From contig NC_059433.1 of the NCBI RefSeq assembly GCF_021028975.2, positions 58,280,001 to 58,344,000 on the forward strand: a DNA stretch of 64,000 bases, written 5' to 3'. Positions 1 to 13,306 of the stretch are shown here, one piece after another. The position numbers and the translations under genes were made by a program. The stretch's first letter is position 1; each line of letters opens with the position of its first letter. The notes under the pieces are model-generated. The model worked only from the letters and a program-made list of their open reading frames with translations. It searched no databases and was not told the DNA's origin. This stretch comes from Sphaerodactylus townsendi (Eukaryota).

Positions 1-44
1 CAGCAAGCGGTCAGCATCGGGGTCACTCCGCGGCTGCTCGCCAT
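1..44 (-). CDS. GGH: Probable first coding segment of gamma-glutamyl hydrolase (MASSRGVTPMLTAC..., runs off the window edge)
   Basis: Strong Kozak GCCATGG on the minus strand at 44 in CpG-rich DNA. GGH lies immediately downstream of TTPA on the same strand in vertebrates and human GGH starts MAS-. Only 14 codons are visible, so the call rests mainly on synteny. Confidence 0.6.
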   Translation of the reverse strand, partial: MASSRGVTPMLTAC

Positions 45-410
45 GGCCACCGCGCTCTCAGCAGCTCCCTGCGGCTCTTTAACGCAAGGCTCCCCGCGCA
101 CAGAAGAGGCGACCGAGCTGCTCGCAACCCCGCCTCCGGGCTGCAGCCGGCAAGCTGGGAAATGAAGTTCTCTGTGAAGGTCCTTTCTGTCGCAAGGCGT
201 TTCCCTCCTCTTTCCTCTGAGCCTTCCATTGCAACAGGCTCAGTGCGAATCTTTTTCTTTTTTTTAAGCTCTGGAGAAGAACTACAAATATCTCTGTGGG
301 AATTGCAGAATGCGCAAAATGCGGAAGAATCGGAGACGCATTTCAAGGATGAAGCCGAGCAGAGCGGTCGGGCGGCCTCCTTTGACACTGATGAATACTT
401 CCTACGTCAC
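45..410 (-). promoter_or_regulatory. CpG-rich 5'UTR/promoter of the putative GGH gene
   Basis: High CpG density upstream of the minus-strand ATG at 44. Confidence 0.5.
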
Positions 411-507
411 AATTGCCAACAATCACGTTCCTTGGAATGGATTGCCACAAAATTGGGGTGGAAGAAAATGTGCCCAAGTTCCCTATTGAGACAGTCCCCA
501 TCCTGTG

Positions 508-1094
508 TGGTGTGATGTTTGGAGTATCTGAGAGAGGCAAGACCCTCGCTGTGCCATGGAAGCTGGCTGGGTGGTCTTGAGCTGGTTCCGCTCTCTGTGT
601 CTAACCTACTTTATAGTAGAACCGCACCCCCTTTCTATTTCACATGTGTTGGGATTTGCAAGTGTCTATCACAATTCAGACATGAAGGGGTTAACTATGT
701 GCATGCTAATTAGTTACTGAGGTCAGAGTTTTATGACTAGTTTATTGGTCAACTAACCCCAGCATTGCCTATATGAGACCAGTCAGGTAAGTCAGGGGTT
801 ATAAAGTGAAGAATGTTTCTTTGTTTCACACACGCTCTTTTTCACTCTCTCTTACACACACACAATGTTGAAATTCACAAAGGTGAATCTCTGCCTTGCT
901 AGATAGGCACCATGTGGGATCACATGGTCCTAAGCAATGTAACCAAGTTAGTGCTGGAATAGAAAGTTGTTCTTTATTTTCTTCCATGTAATCCCTTCCC
1001 TTATTAGTAAGTAAACTCTTTTATATAACAGCAACTGTCTCATGGTTTCTTATTCTGCTCTCTGCTAAATATCAAGTTTAACAATCCAACAACA
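508..1094 (+). mobile_element. Putative solo LTR
   Basis: TGGTG...CAACA termini, flanking 4-bp TGTG repeats (504-507, 1095-1098), TATAAA at ~800 and AGTAAA at ~1010 in LTR-like order. Confidence 0.4.
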
Positions 1095-1344
1095 TGTGAC
1101 AGAAGCAACAGGTCGTTTCCTAAAGTAGCTTCATGAAACTGTTCAGGCTGTCAGGTCCTCAAGTTCAGTAAGTTCTGCTTATAACAACTTAATAAGCTAC
1201 AAGGAGGCACAGGCCATGTTTGGGGGTGGGTGGGGACCATATGTGTATAATACTGTTTTTGAAGAAAGAATCGAGACCAAAAGTCAATCCACCTAACAGT
1301 CAGTAAACCTCAGTTGTTGGACTGAAAAAATGTATTTCCTGTAG

Positions 1345-1568
1345 TCTGCAATGCCAACTGTGACTAAGCACAACTGGATTTCAGTGCACTGCAGTAGCAC
1401 CTTAGACATCAGCGAGGTTTGGGGTGTAAGCTTTCAAGAGTCAAAACTCCCTTTTGATGGTGTTTGAAGACAGCACTGAGTCTCAAAAATCTTGTTTGGC
1501 TCTAAGGTGCTACTGGACTCGAATGTAGCTGTTCCGTTGCAGGGCATCGTGGCTACCATCTGAAATTG
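1345..1568. mobile_element. Degenerate Penelope-like element terminal (pLTR) inverted remnant
   Basis: Inverted CAGTAGCACCTTAGA / TCTAAGGTGCTACTG arms and a tail resembling squamate Penelope ends. Confidence 0.5.
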
Positions 1569-4030
1569 ATGTAAACAGGTGAGAAGAATTGCATTATTAC
1601 AGTGTCGTAGTAGCCCTGCCTTAGAGAAAGAAATGGTCCCATCTCCGTTTAATTTTTAGTTGTTGATGTAGGGGTGTGTTTCCAAGAATCCTATGTGTGC
1701 TGATTGCCCTGATTCCATGTTAGGAGCTAGCAATGGCCTGCTGTGGAAGAGGTGAGGCAAAAGCTGTCCTCAGGCTATGCTAATAAATGGCAAAACCTGA
1801 TTCACTGATGTGACATCAGCAGGCCTACCCACTGCCGCAGGGTTTGGTCGATCAAGGTAATTTCATCAGCAAATGCAAATCTTTCTGTGTTCAATATCTA
1901 ATTTCTATTAAGCAACCAGGTGCACAGATTACCTTTTCTTGAATGTGTCCTAGTTTACTAACCTGCCCCAGGAATGGAGAGAGACTTCCTTCTGTTCACC
2001 TTTTGTTCACCTTGCCTGAATGCAATCTGCTTTTGTTACCCTTCTGGGAAATCAATCCCCCTTCCCCTTAACTTCATCAGAGCCAGGAAATTCATAGATT
2101 CTCTTCCTGAATTCCTGGTCCTTATTTCTTTGACATTCTTTTGTCCTGGGTCCTGTAGCTATTTCTCCTCTGCAGTCTAAAACTGTGCAGTCTCATCCTC
2201 TCCACTTGCAAAGAGGCTGCCAACTCCACTTTTCGTTTTCTGGGACTTTGGGACATTTACTTGCCACACAGGAACATATCTCTACTATCTTAATTTTTCC
2301 CCTAAGATGTCTGGATATTCCACCTAAAGCCCCTACTTTCAACCTGTAGATCATCAATACAGACAACATACTGGAAGTTAATGTAATTTTGGTATCCTGG
2401 GGCTTGTTCCTTTAGAGAAAAAGAATTGGAAGAGACTAGAACATTTATTTTAGTTGTTTTTTTGACTCTGTGCATCTGTATGGCAGAAGGGTAATAAAGC
2501 TGGTTCCTCAAATATGGAAAGTGAGGTGATTCTGCTTTCCTGGAATCCACTTTAACTAAACAAATGCTCCCATATTTTCAGGTCAGGGCATCTGAGAAGC
2601 CAGTATTTACTATGGATTCTGAGATGCATTTGAAGATTCATTGCGGAGTATTCAGTATGTAAGAGGTGCAGTTGTTAGATTGTTGGTCAAAACAACATAA
2701 CTGTTGATGGCATATGGTTTTTGGAAATAAATAATGTCATATTGAAATAACGTCCAGGACTGGGAGCTATCTTGGAGCTCCTAACCTCATCCCAGGAGAG
2801 CATGCCCGACCACACAGGACTAGAGTCCATCAGGATACTGCAGAGCTGGGTGGAGGAGGCTGGCTGAAGGTGGAGGCAGGTGACAGATCAGAGGAAACCA
2901 GGGGAGAAGGCTTCTCTCAGGGACCCAGTGACGAGCCAGCAGAGCAGAGACCAGGCTTAGGAATTGAGGGTGAAAGCCCAAACAGAGCAGAACCATCATC
3001 AGCAGAGCTATCAGGTGCACTATCAACAGCTGCCCTCATGCAGGTGAAAGGAGGATTAGGGAGAGGGTTTCAGGGAAAGCAGCACCTTGGGCTTGAAAAA
3101 TAGGAATGGAGACAAAGTGAAGACAGACAGGAGAAGGACTCAATCCTGAGATCCCACAGCAAGCTCACCACCAGCTCAGGCAACCCAAAGGACCTCAAAA
3201 GGAAAGACTCCTTTGAAAGGAGCCAGAGTCTGGGACCTGGGAAGAAGTTGTTGGACTTCTCCATAATAACCATGGAATGTTCCAGCCAGGGTAGAGGAGG
3301 GATCTACTTCCACCTCTTCTGATCCTTCTGCAGTCAGTTGTGATACAGCTGAGCTGGCCAAGCTCACCAGCAAAATCCTGAGAGTGAGGCCAGAGTGGTG
3401 GAGGCGCCAACAAATAATTTATTATAGATTACTAAAGACAGGCCTTGTCCAGGTTACATCCCATGCTATCCCCTGTAAATCAAAGAGTCTATGCCCCTGC
3501 CTCACATGATTGCTGTGAGGACAAAACAGAGGGGAGAATTATGTTGTAAGCACTCTGATCCCTTCTAGGGGGGAAAGTGGGGTGCAAATATCTAATTAAA
3601 TTCTATAGCATACATTTAAAATTGCAGCTAAATCACACTTCTGAATCAGATCACTTTTAAAGTTCAGACATATACAAATTCAGATCTGATCTGGCACAGC
3701 AGGAACTCAATTTTAACCACAGCAAGTGTAATATGCTATTAAATGCACATAGAGACTTCATTTTCATTTCCTATTTTGAACAAATCTGGATGAAGGAGAA
3801 CAGACTTTTACAAGATGAAACAGGTTCTAGAATTGAAATTTACAAATTTTCAGACCGAGTTTTATAACCAGATTATGGCAGTATTCTCTGCGGATTCATC
3901 TTTTAACTCCCACACAGAAGCAAACACCCACTGAACTGCAATCATGCGATATCAGGTATAATATCAGTCACATGAGAGAAATAGGCAATCCATCCTTTAA
4001 AAACTTCTGGAACAACAGACTGCTCTGAAT

Positions 4031-5284
4031 CAGGTGTAGGTGTAGATTTTTTATGGGGGGAGTTCGGGGGTGGGGCCACACCCCCACCAGCCCCTAGGGC
4101 ATGGCCACACCTCCCAAGCCCCGCCCCTGGCCTAGCGCTTATAAAAGCAGCTCTCCAAGGCCTGGGATGGTAGACTCCCCCGCCCTGCCCTCTACCAGCT
4201 GGGCTTCCAGCCAGCAGCTCCTTCTGCCCTCCCCTCTGGGCAGAGGCATAGAGGGAAAATGGAGCCTGGTGCAAAATCCGAGCCCCCCCCCCCCCCCGCC
4301 AGCCACTGTGATGCTGGAATCCACCCCCAAACAGCATCATTTTCAATGGTGTTTAAACTAGAAAGCCCAAATTCTCCTTTTAAATCCACCTTAAAGGGAG
4401 AATCTGGGGTCCCCAGTTAAACAACATTGAAAGTGATGCTGTTTTTGGGGGTGGATTATCAACCACCGTGAAACAGCATCACTTTCAATGTGGCGTAGTG
4501 GTTAAGAGCAGGTGCATTCTAATCTGGAGGAACCGGGTTTGATTCCCTGCTCTGCCACTTGAGCTGTGGAGGCTTATCTGGGGAATTCAGGTTAGCCTGT
4601 GCACTCCCACTCATGCCAACTGGGTGACCTTGGGCTAGTCACAGCTTTTCGGAGCTCTCTCAGTCCCACCCACCTCACAGGGTGTTTATTGTGAGTGGGG
4701 AAGGTCAAGGAGATTGTAAGCTCCTTTGAGTCTCCTATAGGAGAGAAAGGGAGGATATAAATCCAAACTCTTCTTCTCAGATTCTCCCTTTAAATCCATG
4801 CCGAAGGGGGTGGATTTAAAAGGAGAATCTGGGGAAATTTGGGGGGGTGCGTGCTGTCAGGGGTGCAATTGTTAAGCTAGCAGCACCAAACTTTTAGGGT
4901 ATTTTTAGGAGACTATCCTAATGATACCACTCAGGTTTGGTAAAGTTTGGTTCTGGGGGTCCAAAGTTATGGATTCTCAAAGGTGTAGTCCCCATCTTCT
5001 ATTAGCTCCCATTGGAAACAATGGAGGATGGGGCACCCCCTTTGGGAGTCCATAGCTTTGGACCCCCTGGACCAAACTTCACAAAACCTGGGTGGTATCA
5101 TCAGGAGAGTCTCCCAAACAATCCCTGAAAGTTTGGTGCTTCTGGCTTAAACAATGCGCCCCCTGCAGGCCAAAAACCGAAAAACACTAAAAATGTTTTA
5201 AAAACCCACAAACGGGTGGGCGGAGCTTCAGACATGAATGGGGAAAAGTTTGAACCCGAGAACCCCCCCTTACCTACATCCTTG
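4031..5284. mobile_element. Non-autonomous DNA-transposon-like repeat (hAT-like) with internal inverted repeats, interrupted by a SINE
   Basis: Short imperfect termini CAGGTGTAGG / CCTACATCCTTG, TCTGAAT on both flanks, internal AAACAGCATCA.../...TGATGCTGTTT inverted arms, GC-rich. Confidence 0.45.
4490..4777 (+). mobile_element. tRNA-derived SINE
   Basis: A box TGGCGTAGTGG, B-box-like GGTTTGATTCC, (TCT)n tail; near-identical copies at 60621 and 62446. Confidence 0.85.
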
Positions 5285-8200
5285 CATCTGAATACTAGAA
5301 GCCTGTGAATCAAACCCAACTCTAAATTTATCTTAACTTCAAATATTTTTCTCCCATTATGGCTAGAAACCTGCATATTATAAATTTATTTATTTATTAA
5401 ATTTAACTCCCACCCCCAGGCCAGATTTTCAGAGTTGATATTTTCCAGATTGTGTAAGAATGCACATAAGCAGGTTTGCTCCTAGGAGCCGAGATGTGCT
5501 AACTTCTGGATTCAGTAGGTTATAGTATTTTTTTCCTGTTGAACTTTTCCCATGCTACTGAAATCAGTATGTTTCTATGGGAATTAAACCACTGTATTAA
5601 GCAGAGTGTTTTTCAGAATTCATCTCCCCTTTAAAAATAACCCAGTTTTTCAATATTTTTAGGGACTCCAAAGTTGAAGCAGAAGACTGAAAACAGTCTG
5701 GAAATTTAAGACTCTGAGAAGAGACATTCCCAGGAAACCAGATTATATCTGCTTTAGTTCAGTAGAGTGTGACATGTAGCAAAACTGGTCCAGCTTTTTT
5801 GATTGTTATTTAGAAGGGGGCATTCTGGCAAGTGCACCTGATTATATTACTTCTGTTTAAAAACTGGACTGGTTTATTTTTTCCATTACAACTATGAAAG
5901 ACACAAATACTTCCATTTTTAATCTAACTCCAGTTTTTCTAAAATCTATATGTTGTATTTATACATAACACAAATATCATAGTCTACAAACTGTATGTAA
6001 ATTGTGTTGCAAGAGGCCAGAAAGGCATTTTGCTATTTAGGTTTCTGTTCAGTTCTGCTTTGAAGTCTTGTGCCTTGTGTAGGAAAGAAAAACCCTGTTG
6101 AAATTGGTGGTGTTGAGCAATCTAGCAACCATGAAACAGACATTTTAAAATGAGTCCATTTTATATCTGGCTTACAAGCAGAAAGAACAGATCAAATCGC
6201 AGCTCTGTCAGGAGGCTTTGTCTGGGTACAATTCTGGTCACAATGAAAAAATGCTGGGAAAACCAAGCAACTATGAACACTTAGCATTGTTCTTTCACCT
6301 CAGTAAAAAGGCATTATTTTAAGAATTACGCTATCTCAAGTTTTCAGCATGAGAATCCTTTCAAAAGCACCATCTGGCAGACAGCATGTGTGTAACATTA
6401 CTCCTTAACAAATAAGATAAATTCTTAAGAGATATTAGTTGTTCCCAGATGTTGACTGCCTGTTGAAATGTTTTCACTCACAATGGCTATTAACTATCAT
6501 TAAAAAAAATAATGACTGCTTGATTCATTTAGAATTTTTAATTTCCTTTGAATAGTGTAAAGTGTGAAAAATTATAAAATTTAGTACAATAACAGGTTAG
6601 ATGACAAGTTGTTTTTCAGAGAACAGAGAAATAATATATTTTCATTTCTAAATAGCATCTGTTTCCCACTCTGCAGGTCATGCTTAGTCGAACTATAAAG
6701 GTCTAAAGTTGTTAAATAGAAAATGAAATAAACTTCTGAAAACTAAATATATATCCCATCAATAAAACGAATGTCACCTATATATCTGCAAAGCAATCAC
6801 ATTTGTCATTTCAGAAGTGACACGCTTAGTGTGAATTTGCTATTTTAATGTAAACAACTATAGTAATCAATTAAATGTTTCAAAAGTCATGTTTACTGAA
6901 ACACATTCTTCTCAAAGAATAGCAGCACAATAATTATAAAATTGTAAGATAGTCACTGTAGAAAGTTACCATGTTGGATTCCAGCCAGAGTGTGGTGCTG
7001 TTAAAGAAGGCAATGATAGAGCTTAGAGAAGGGTGGGGAAAGGAAGTTATAGAATGGCGTTTGAAAAAGTTTAGGTACGTACCATCTCACAGCCACTGCA
7101 AAACAATTAGGATTGGCTCACCATACCCATAGTATTGGTCGTGGTATTGGAAACTGATGAGTGGCATACATGATGGAGCTATCCTGCGTGTTTGTATAAG
7201 ACATGGTTATGACGTAATGTGTCCATAGCATGTAAGCAAAATTTTAGGGTCATATTGGCATCCTTTTATCTCTTTCTGAATCTGAGGGAAGAACGCCTTT
7301 TTACCTCATCCCAAAAACTGTTTCTATTGTGTAGGTCCCCAAGAATAAGAGATTAATGACTTAACCAGATGTTTAAAGAGAATCTCACAACCCTATTTTT
7401 TGCATTAGCGCAATTAGAAGTAACATTAGCAGCAAAAACTCAGTGATTCTGACAAATGGATCAGCATTCCACCACTCTTTTTTCTAAGGCGACGCCCCCT
7501 ACTGCTTATAGCTTGTTAGAAAGTATTTGAAAGCAGAGCAGTCTGTCAATTTGTCTGTTAAGAGGACAGTTGGTACCAGTCTGCTATGAGCTGCTGAAAA
7601 ATGCTTAAGTGTAAGAGCAAGTAACTGCTATTTTTGCAGGACAAGGCAAGATCTAAGTGGATGCTATGGGTGACCTCCAGCTATAGCTGTGACTGTCTGT
7701 CTTCTCCACAAGTGGAAATGGTACTCTTCCCCTTCATCCTAGGGCAGTAATAGAGAACAGGAAAGATATTTTCATGTAGTTGCCCATTAAGAGGAAAGTG
7801 TGTGGAAGAGAAGTGTGATGATTTTTATTTACTTCCATCACATTTGGTTAATGTATAGCTTAATTTTAAAATCATATATATTTATTAAAAAACTAACTTG
7901 TTTTTTAATAAAGAGGGAAAGACGATAAACTGCCTAGTGGGTGGTCGTACCTTTGAGGCCAGGCCTATGGGTCTAGGGGCTTGGGTAGAAGAAGAGGCCC
8001 CGGATTTAATTCCAGAGAAACTGACTTTTAAAGGAAAGGGGTGTCACGGTGGCTGAGAAAAAGTTTTGTGTGCAAAAAGTTCTTGGGAGGTGGCCCAACT
8101 ACCTGATTCAGTGTAAGGTGGCTTGCAGATGCTAATACAAACTAAATTAAGTTTCTAAATTCACTCACAGCATAATGGTTCCAAATCTCCATGGTTCTGA

Positions 8201-9458
8201 ATCTGGATTGTAAACAGTTCTGGTTGGTTCTGAATCTGGATCTGCATCTGTCTATGACATCATAATAACCTCGCTGAAATATCAGAATTATGTTCTGTGA
8301 TGTTGTATTGGTGAGACTTGTTAGCTTATACAAGGTCTGAGGTATATCTAATTGAAGTGACTCCACTAACAAACACTGAAGGCTACAAACTATAATTCAG
8401 AAGTACTGACAAAGTCAGTGTACTGGATTACTGGTTAGGAAATCAGGAGTTAAGAAAGTGCAAAGGATTTTTCCTGAATATTGTTTGAGAAGAGCATCTG
8501 TTTCAAGAAGGCATCACCACCTGTCAGTAAATCAGTATTATTTCTGAGCCTTATTCTTCTTTCAGATTCACATTGGTTTTATAAACCTTATATTGTGTCC
8601 CTTGTTAAGTGAGCATTAACAGCTTTGTAGCACAAACATTTAATTGCAACAAGGACTCACTATTGCTAAATTGTCCCGCCTAAGCAAGCCTAACTAACCT
8701 GAGAATAATTTCAGTATCCCTGAGAATTTATCATAAACAACATTTAGGCACAGTTCCAAGACCAACTACAGTTTCAGTTAGCCCTTTGCCAACCCACAGC
8801 ATGGAGCAATAACTAATTGCATAGTTACTAAATTACCAGATACTGCTGTAGGAAAAATACTCCACATTGATCCTGTAAATTCAGGACTGATAAAAGAAAG
8901 TACTGTACATATAAATCATTTGTAATCAAGATCATCTATAGATTGCTTTTAAAAGGATTAGATCATTTAGTGGATTTATCAATGGCTATTTGCCATGAGA
9001 CAGAAATACCAGCACTGTTGAAGAACTAGATGAAGAATTAGATCCAGCACAGGCAGTTTTTATGGTTTTAGCCTACATGTTAGTAGTTGTTGTAATTAGC
9101 CCTTTACAAGTTGCTGAGAGATTTCTGTAAAATATACATGCCTACTAGTTGCAACATATACTTTTACTTGTGATCGTCTTCACATTAAAATAAGATTGCA
9201 GCAAACAGGGCACTTCTTTTCTTGCAAGATTATTCTGATATCAAAACGTTTGATAATCTTCCAAAACTAATTTCACATTTGAATGCCAACTGTACTGTTG
9301 TAGTTCTTTGGCTTCACTAACTTTTGAAGAATCTGTGCCAACTCACATTTTTATCAGCCAGAAACTATCTTAACTTTTAGATCAGGTCCAGTAATGCAGA
9401 ACAATTAACAATTATTATCTCATGAAATTACTGGGTTCCCTCCAGAACTAGTTTGCTT

Positions 9459-9629
9459 CTATGGGCACTGAGAAATGCTCTGAAGATAACTGGCAGATTC
9501 TATTACAAAGTCAGCCCACTCCTGAGAGAGGTCTTCCATAGGGACCGCCTCACCACCATATTCTTTTGGGAGAATCCTTGGAAAGTGTTGTTGGAGAGTC
9601 TGTAAATAGCTACACCCGTGCATGTGGAT
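9459..9629 (-). CDS. TTPA: Alpha-tocopherol transfer protein exon 5 (IHMHG...ILPKEYGGE...SISQCP*)
   Basis: Matches the TTPA C-terminus; TTGCAG acceptor before 9629; TAG stop. Confidence 0.95.
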   Translation of the reverse strand: MHMHGCSYLQTLQQHFPRILPKEYGGEAVPMEDLSQEWADFVIESASYLQSISQCP

Positions 9630-10135
9630 CTGCAATGAGAAGAAATGTTTATGTATTTTGCACATTTTGTTCTGCATGTCAAAATGTTTTTGATTCTACA
9701 TTGTCAAGGAAAGCAGTGAATAATGGTTGAGAAGACAGGACAAATGTATCAACTAGGCCTTAGGGTTGCATTATATACACTGCATTTTTACAGTACATCT
9801 TTATGTAGCATCCTATTGACACAAGTGTTTGACAACAGTTTCTTTTTGCTACATGGTCCAGGTGACACTCAACTGGATACAGTTCTCCACAGAAGGCTCC
9901 TCTTTAGATAAAGATGTTTTTGCTGAGATCCATTGCAAGCTGGTTCTATAAACTAATATTATTCATGTAAACAAATGTACCTTAAAAGTAGTTTTTCTCC
10001 ATCACTGTGTATACAGACAATACTTTAAAATCTTGGCAGGGTGACTTCATGAATTACAAGTTAGCACAATAGTTGTATATGGCCCTCAAGAATTTAGTCT
10101 TCATATCATGTGGCATTAGCCAGAATGGTGTAGCT

Positions 10136-10568
10136 CAGGGGTAGGGAACTTGCGGCTCGAGAGCCGCATGCGGCTCTTCTGCTCTTGCACTGCGGCTCCA
10201 CGAGCTGAGCCGTCTGCTTCATCCTTGCCTGCCCTGCAGGCAGCAGGGCGGGCACACCAACTGCCCGCGGACGGCTGGGCCACGCCACGGGCTTCCCCTC
10301 TCGTCTGCCCCGTTCGAGCGGGGCGGGCGCTTTCCCGGCGGCTGGCAAGGCCAAGCCGCTGGCCCCATCCTTGCCCACCCTGCAGGCAGCAGGGCAGGCG
10401 CATCCATGTGCTTCTCAGAATGAGTGGAATAAAAGGTAAAAAATCCCAATATATACAGTGTTATCTTTATTTTAAATGTCAAAAATTATTTGCGGCTCCA
10501 AGTGTTTTCTTTTCCCGTGGAAAACGGGTCCAAATGGCTCTTTGAGTGAGTAAGGTTCCCTACCCCTG
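10136..10568 (+). mobile_element. Non-autonomous hAT transposon
   Basis: TIR CAGGGGTAGGGAAC; perfect 8-bp TSD GTGTAGCT; related copy in opposite orientation at 52795. Confidence 0.9.
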
Positions 10569-11139
10569 GTGTAGCTAATAGTGTGTTGGATTATGATAAT
10601 CGAGACTGAGGTTCAAATATTTACTCAGCTTTAAAAAAAAAATTGCTGGGTGACCTTGTGCCCATCACTCTTCCAGGCATATTAGGATAAAACAGAGAAG
10701 GAGAGAACCATGTATGCTACCATGAACTATTTAGGAGAAGGACATAATACAAATATTATAGATAAAAGGATAGTTTTATCTGAAACCACCTTCATGAAAA
10801 TACAAAACTTAGGGGTTTGGATCTGAAATTATTTTCCAACAGTACGAGGAGACAGGTTTTTCCAAACCCCACTCGTTACACATCCCATTTCATTCTTCAT
10901 GCTGTTCCCCAGCAGTAGCACTTCCAGAAGCTCAGTAAGTTCCAGTGAAAAGCAGGAATTGGACAAAACTGCCTCCCTTCAACAACTGGTGTGACTGATT
11001 TAGGCTGGGGAAAAAATTGGCTTTCAGAACCAAACCATGGACATCACTGGAAAAGCATGATGTGTGCTTTTGTGTCTAGAAAGAAATGCTGAGATAATAA
11101 CATAACAATTTTACAGAAGAAATATTTGAATTCACTAAC

Positions 11140-11250
11140 CCGTGCCTTGATTTTTTCAGAAAGAAAAGGCTTAATTACAGCAAAGACTGGATGGAAGAAT
11201 AAAGGCTCATTAATCAAGTGGATACCACGGACTTTTAGTGGAAAGGAATC
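11140..11250 (-). CDS. TTPA: TTPA exon 4 ([37 protein letters not shown])
   Basis: Manual translation; 111 nt; CAG acceptor and GTTAGT donor; absent from the ORF track. Confidence 0.95.
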
Positions 11251-11785
11251 CTGCCAAGCAAAAAAAACAACAAGACAACAGATTAAACAGAGTGAAAGAA
11301 CAGAGCCTCATAATTATAATGACCACATTCACCTGGGTTGGCCTTCAGAAGTATGTTCAACAATGATGCCAACGATGAGAGTCAGTGTGGTACACTGGTT
11401 ACAGTGTTGGGCTAGGTTCTGGGAGACCCAGGTTTGAGTGCCAACTCTGCCACAGGTTCACTGCATAACATGACTAATCATACTGTTTCAGCATAACCAA
11501 CATCATAGGATTGTTGCTGTAGCGATTAATGAAATGGAGAAGGGGAGAATGTTTTTGTGCCATTGGGGAGAAAAGTGAGCTATAAAGATCTAAGTAAAAA
11601 ACAATTATAATAAAACCTGCTATTCTGTCTTACGTTCGATTTTCCTGCTAAAGCCATCAAGAATAACACCATTTAAATGTCACTGAAAGTAAGGGAGTCA
11701 TCTGATTCTCTCTCAGTCTGCAAAAACGTTTGTAAGTGCATGATATGTTTACCACATTCTGCTTTTTTCAAGCATCAAAACTTAC

Positions 11786-11979
11786 TGTGAGCACAGCAGC
11801 AATCCTCTTGGCCACCACTGGAGAGATCTGGAAGGCATGAGCAAATCTCCATCCTTGGAGGTCAAAGATAACTTTGACTCCATTCCGTTGGGTCTCTATC
11901 TCTCTTACAATAAGTTCAGACGTGATAAGACTTACACGAAACACATCAAATGCTGTAAACATTTTTGGGTCCCATTGTG
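11786..11979 (-). CDS. TTPA: TTPA exon 3 ([25 protein letters not shown]...AAVLT)
   Basis: 194 nt, TTTAG acceptor, GTAAG donor, CRAL-TRIO domain sequence. Confidence 0.96.
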
Positions 11980-13013
11980 CTAAAGAACAAAAAGAAGAGG
12001 CTTGTATGAGATAAATGCACATTCCCACTGTTGGCAGTAGGAATAAACTGCAAAGGGAAAAAACCTAGTTCCTTAGCTTAACTGGGATATGAACTTGCTA
12101 CGAGGATAAAGTGCACGATAAGACAGTAGTACAGAAGATAAATGACTTCTAAAAAATCTTTTCATATATCTCAAAATTATGTTAATATTAAATGAATTAA
12201 TTTAATAACCTTATTCTAAATGGTAAGAATGAACATTTCATGCCAGTCAGCCAAATGTATTTTAATAATCCTATCACAAAGCCCTAAACATCATCTCTGG
12301 CTAGTGTAATACACTTACCTACAGCATTACTTGTTTGTTACAGATAGCCTAGCTGACTTACCCCTGAAATGCTTATGTTTCAAGCAGTAACTACTTGTTG
12401 TTAGGAGAATAGTGTTTTTCCCCAGCACTATGTGGATAACCACTGCCACCTCACCCATGCATTTCAAAAGCCTCTGCCTTTACTCCAGCTAGAAAGGCTG
12501 TAAATTTCAGTAAAGAGGAGGCATAAAAGTTCTTGTCTATAATTTCTCACCCAATAGCCAAATGCCCTTTCTGCACCAATCACCTAGAACGTTTCCAGAA
12601 CATTTTTAATGCCCTGCCCCTTCATCGCGATGTTTGTCCACACTCACCATTTCCTCCAAATATTTCATGAACACTGTGAGGGGTTTTTTTAAAAAAAATT
12701 TTGGGGGGATTATCTGTAGAGAGAATGCTTCACTGATTCTGTGCCTCAATTCTCTGTAGCCCCATTTAATTGCTGCTTCATAGATTAAACCAAATGATAA
12801 AAAAACAAACGAACCAGAAACGATTAAAATAAATAGGCAAGGGGAAAGGAGAGAGATGAGGGATGTGGCCCACTGACTAAATTTCTTAGGCCAGGTACCT
12901 GAAATGTTGACCAGAACAGAATGATTCCATAATAGGAGTGGAACTGAATCCTATGGCCTGGATAAAAGGTATGTACCTTTACATAAAAACAACCTATAGC
13001 CAAAGCTGCTTAC

Positions 13014-13167
13014 CAATTCGATAAATGATAACTTTACTCCCTGCTGGGTCTCTCTCTCTTAGAACTGTGTGGTAACCAGCATTCAGAAGACCTAAAATGG
13101 AGGAAGGCCGTAGATCTGCACTTAACTCCGGGGATTCAGCTCTCCAGTTATTATAGTTCTTCAATAA
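13014..13167 (-). CDS. TTPA: TTPA exon 2 ([19 protein letters not shown]...GSKVIIYRI)
   Basis: 154 nt, CAG acceptor, GTAAG donor, phase compatible with exon 3. Confidence 0.96.
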
Positions 13168-13306
13168 CTGAGAAAAGAAATAGCCAAGAGGGAAAAATAT
13201 CATAGCATCGTGAAAAAAATTATATGACAGTCTTTATATCTCTGACATATATGCAAACATAAAAACAAAATAGTACAATCACAGGTAACCTTTTACATTA
13301 AAAGTA

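Noticed and set aside
2750-3410. Purine-rich segment with short internal repeats and small ORFs
   Set aside because: Probably a decayed retroelement fragment, but termini and family could not be supported
4490-4560. tRNA gene
   Set aside because: A/B boxes belong to a multi-copy SINE head; no complete cloverleaf
10150-10545. Similar ORFs ending ...GKRVQMAL here and at 52818-53273
   Set aside because: Both lie within copies of one non-autonomous hAT element; no transposase motifs
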